A DNA stretch of 41,611 bases from a virus (lineage: Duplodnaviria; Caudoviricetes). Both the position numbers and the translations under genes were made by a program. Below are positions 41,108 through 41,611 of this stretch, piece after piece. Numbering within the stretch: the first letter of the stretch is position 1; every line of letters begins with the position of its first letter. The notes beneath the pieces were generated by a model, which searched no databases, was not told the origin of the DNA, and worked only from the letters and a program-made list of their open reading frames with translations. The stretch lies in the IMG/VR virus record IMGVR_UViG_3300022217_000089, positions 1 through 41,611 of that record. One strand, 5' to 3'.

Positions 41108-41611
41108 ATGAAGAAGATTAAATTAACCACCACATTTGAATTGCTCAAACAGAAAGGCGCTTGTGAAAGCGGCTACAAAAAGCTAGGTAAGCATCTTGGG
41201 GGCATTACTACCTATGGGAGGCGCACCCCTATCAACCTCTTAAAGATTCTTGAGAGCAACGGCGTAGAAGATATGCTCTGGTGCTTACGGGCCACCAAAG
41301 AGAATTGTGATAAAGTCGCTCGCCTTATGGCGGCAGATTTTGCTGAGGAAGTCCTGCCTATCTTTGAAAAGGCATACCCAAAAGACAAAAGGCCGCGCAA
41401 GGCCATTCAAGCGGCTAGGGATTTTGCGAATGGTTTAATTGCAGAAGAAGCAAGGGCCGCCGCAAGGGACGCCGCAGGGGCCGCCGCATGGGCCGCCGCA
41501 GGGGCCGCCGCAAGGGACGCCGCAGGGGACGCCGCAGGGGCCGCCGCATGGGCCGCCACATGGGCCGCCGCAAGGGACGCCGCAAGGGTCGCCGCAGGGG
41601 ACGCCACATGG
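41108..41611 (+). CDS. Ala-rich repeat protein with Imm5-like (putative immunity) domain, 5' part; continues across the circular junction into 1..123
   Basis: ATG 41108 after AAGGAGAAAAGGA. Translates MKKIKLTTTF...LMAADFAEEVLPIFEKAYPKDKRPRKAIQAARDFANG, then AA(R/G/W)(D/A) repeats. The 504 nt are open to the window end. Not in the ORF track because there is no stop inside the window. Confidence 0.8.
   Translation, partial: MKKIKLTTTFELLKQKGACESGYKKLGKHLGGITTYGRRTPINLLKILESNGVEDMLWCLRATKENCDKVARLMAADFAEEVLPIFEKAYPKDKRPRKAIQAARDFANGLIAEEARAAARDAAGAAAWAAAGAAARDAAGDAAGAAAWAATWAAARDAARVAAGDATW
41450..41611 (+). repeat. 12-nt tandem repeat GCC-GCA-(A/G/T)GG-G(A/C)C, continuing at 1..87 (about 20 units in total)
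   Basis: Read directly. The first 36 nt and last 36 nt of the window match at 35/36 positions. Confidence 0.95.

Noticed and set aside
41407-41609. Minus-strand ORFs with AASLAA / RRPL repeats
   Set aside because: Alternative-frame read-outs of the 12-nt repeat. The plus-strand frame has the SD, start codon and a recognisable domain.
1-41611. Alternative genetic code (stop-codon reassignment)
   Set aside because: Core genes are intact under code 11, and TAA, TAG and TGA all serve as stops at sensible gene ends.

Overview
This window looks like a complete or nearly complete, circularly permuted genome (41.6 kb) of a P22-like podovirus. The last codon of the window (TGG, ending at 41611) continues in frame into position 1, inside an Ala-rich repeat gene. 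Modules: (1) 1-7069 (+): small genes, two cytosine-methyltransferase-type genes, a CHC2-TOPRIM-helicase primase, DUF5131 and ASCH. (2) 7053-9853 (-): VRR-NUC nuclease, phage N6-adenine MTase, SF2 helicase and a Cro-like HTH. (3) 10053-12287 (+): YqaJ exonuclease and a RecT-like annealase. (4) 12364-34404 (-): late operon with TerS, accessory genes, TerL, portal, scaffold, P22-type coat, gp4/gp10 tail proteins, ejection proteins, tail fibres and lysis genes. (5) 34441-35170: non-coding, origin-like region. (6) 35173-41611 (+): early genes, including an SMC/Rad50-like ATPase. No integrase, reverse transcriptase, CRISPR array or canonical tRNA was recognised. The most notable signals are: a ~242-nt highly structured RNA with a 7-bp acceptor-like stem and a 3' ACCA end, behind a near-consensus promoter, with a second cloverleaf-like RNA on the far side of the same ATPase gene; a +1-frame gene with its own GGAGG nested inside the C5-MTase (M.EcoHK31I-beta-like); three hairpin+GGUAAUAACGGA units with a compensatory base change at the 5' end of the scaffold gene; a leaderless-type terS promoter; a two-site (ori/crr-like) repeat and IHF architecture; and short direct repeats plus a shared CxxC...HxC tail that suggest module shuffling among early genes. 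All family assignments come from motif recognition by eye, not from database searches.
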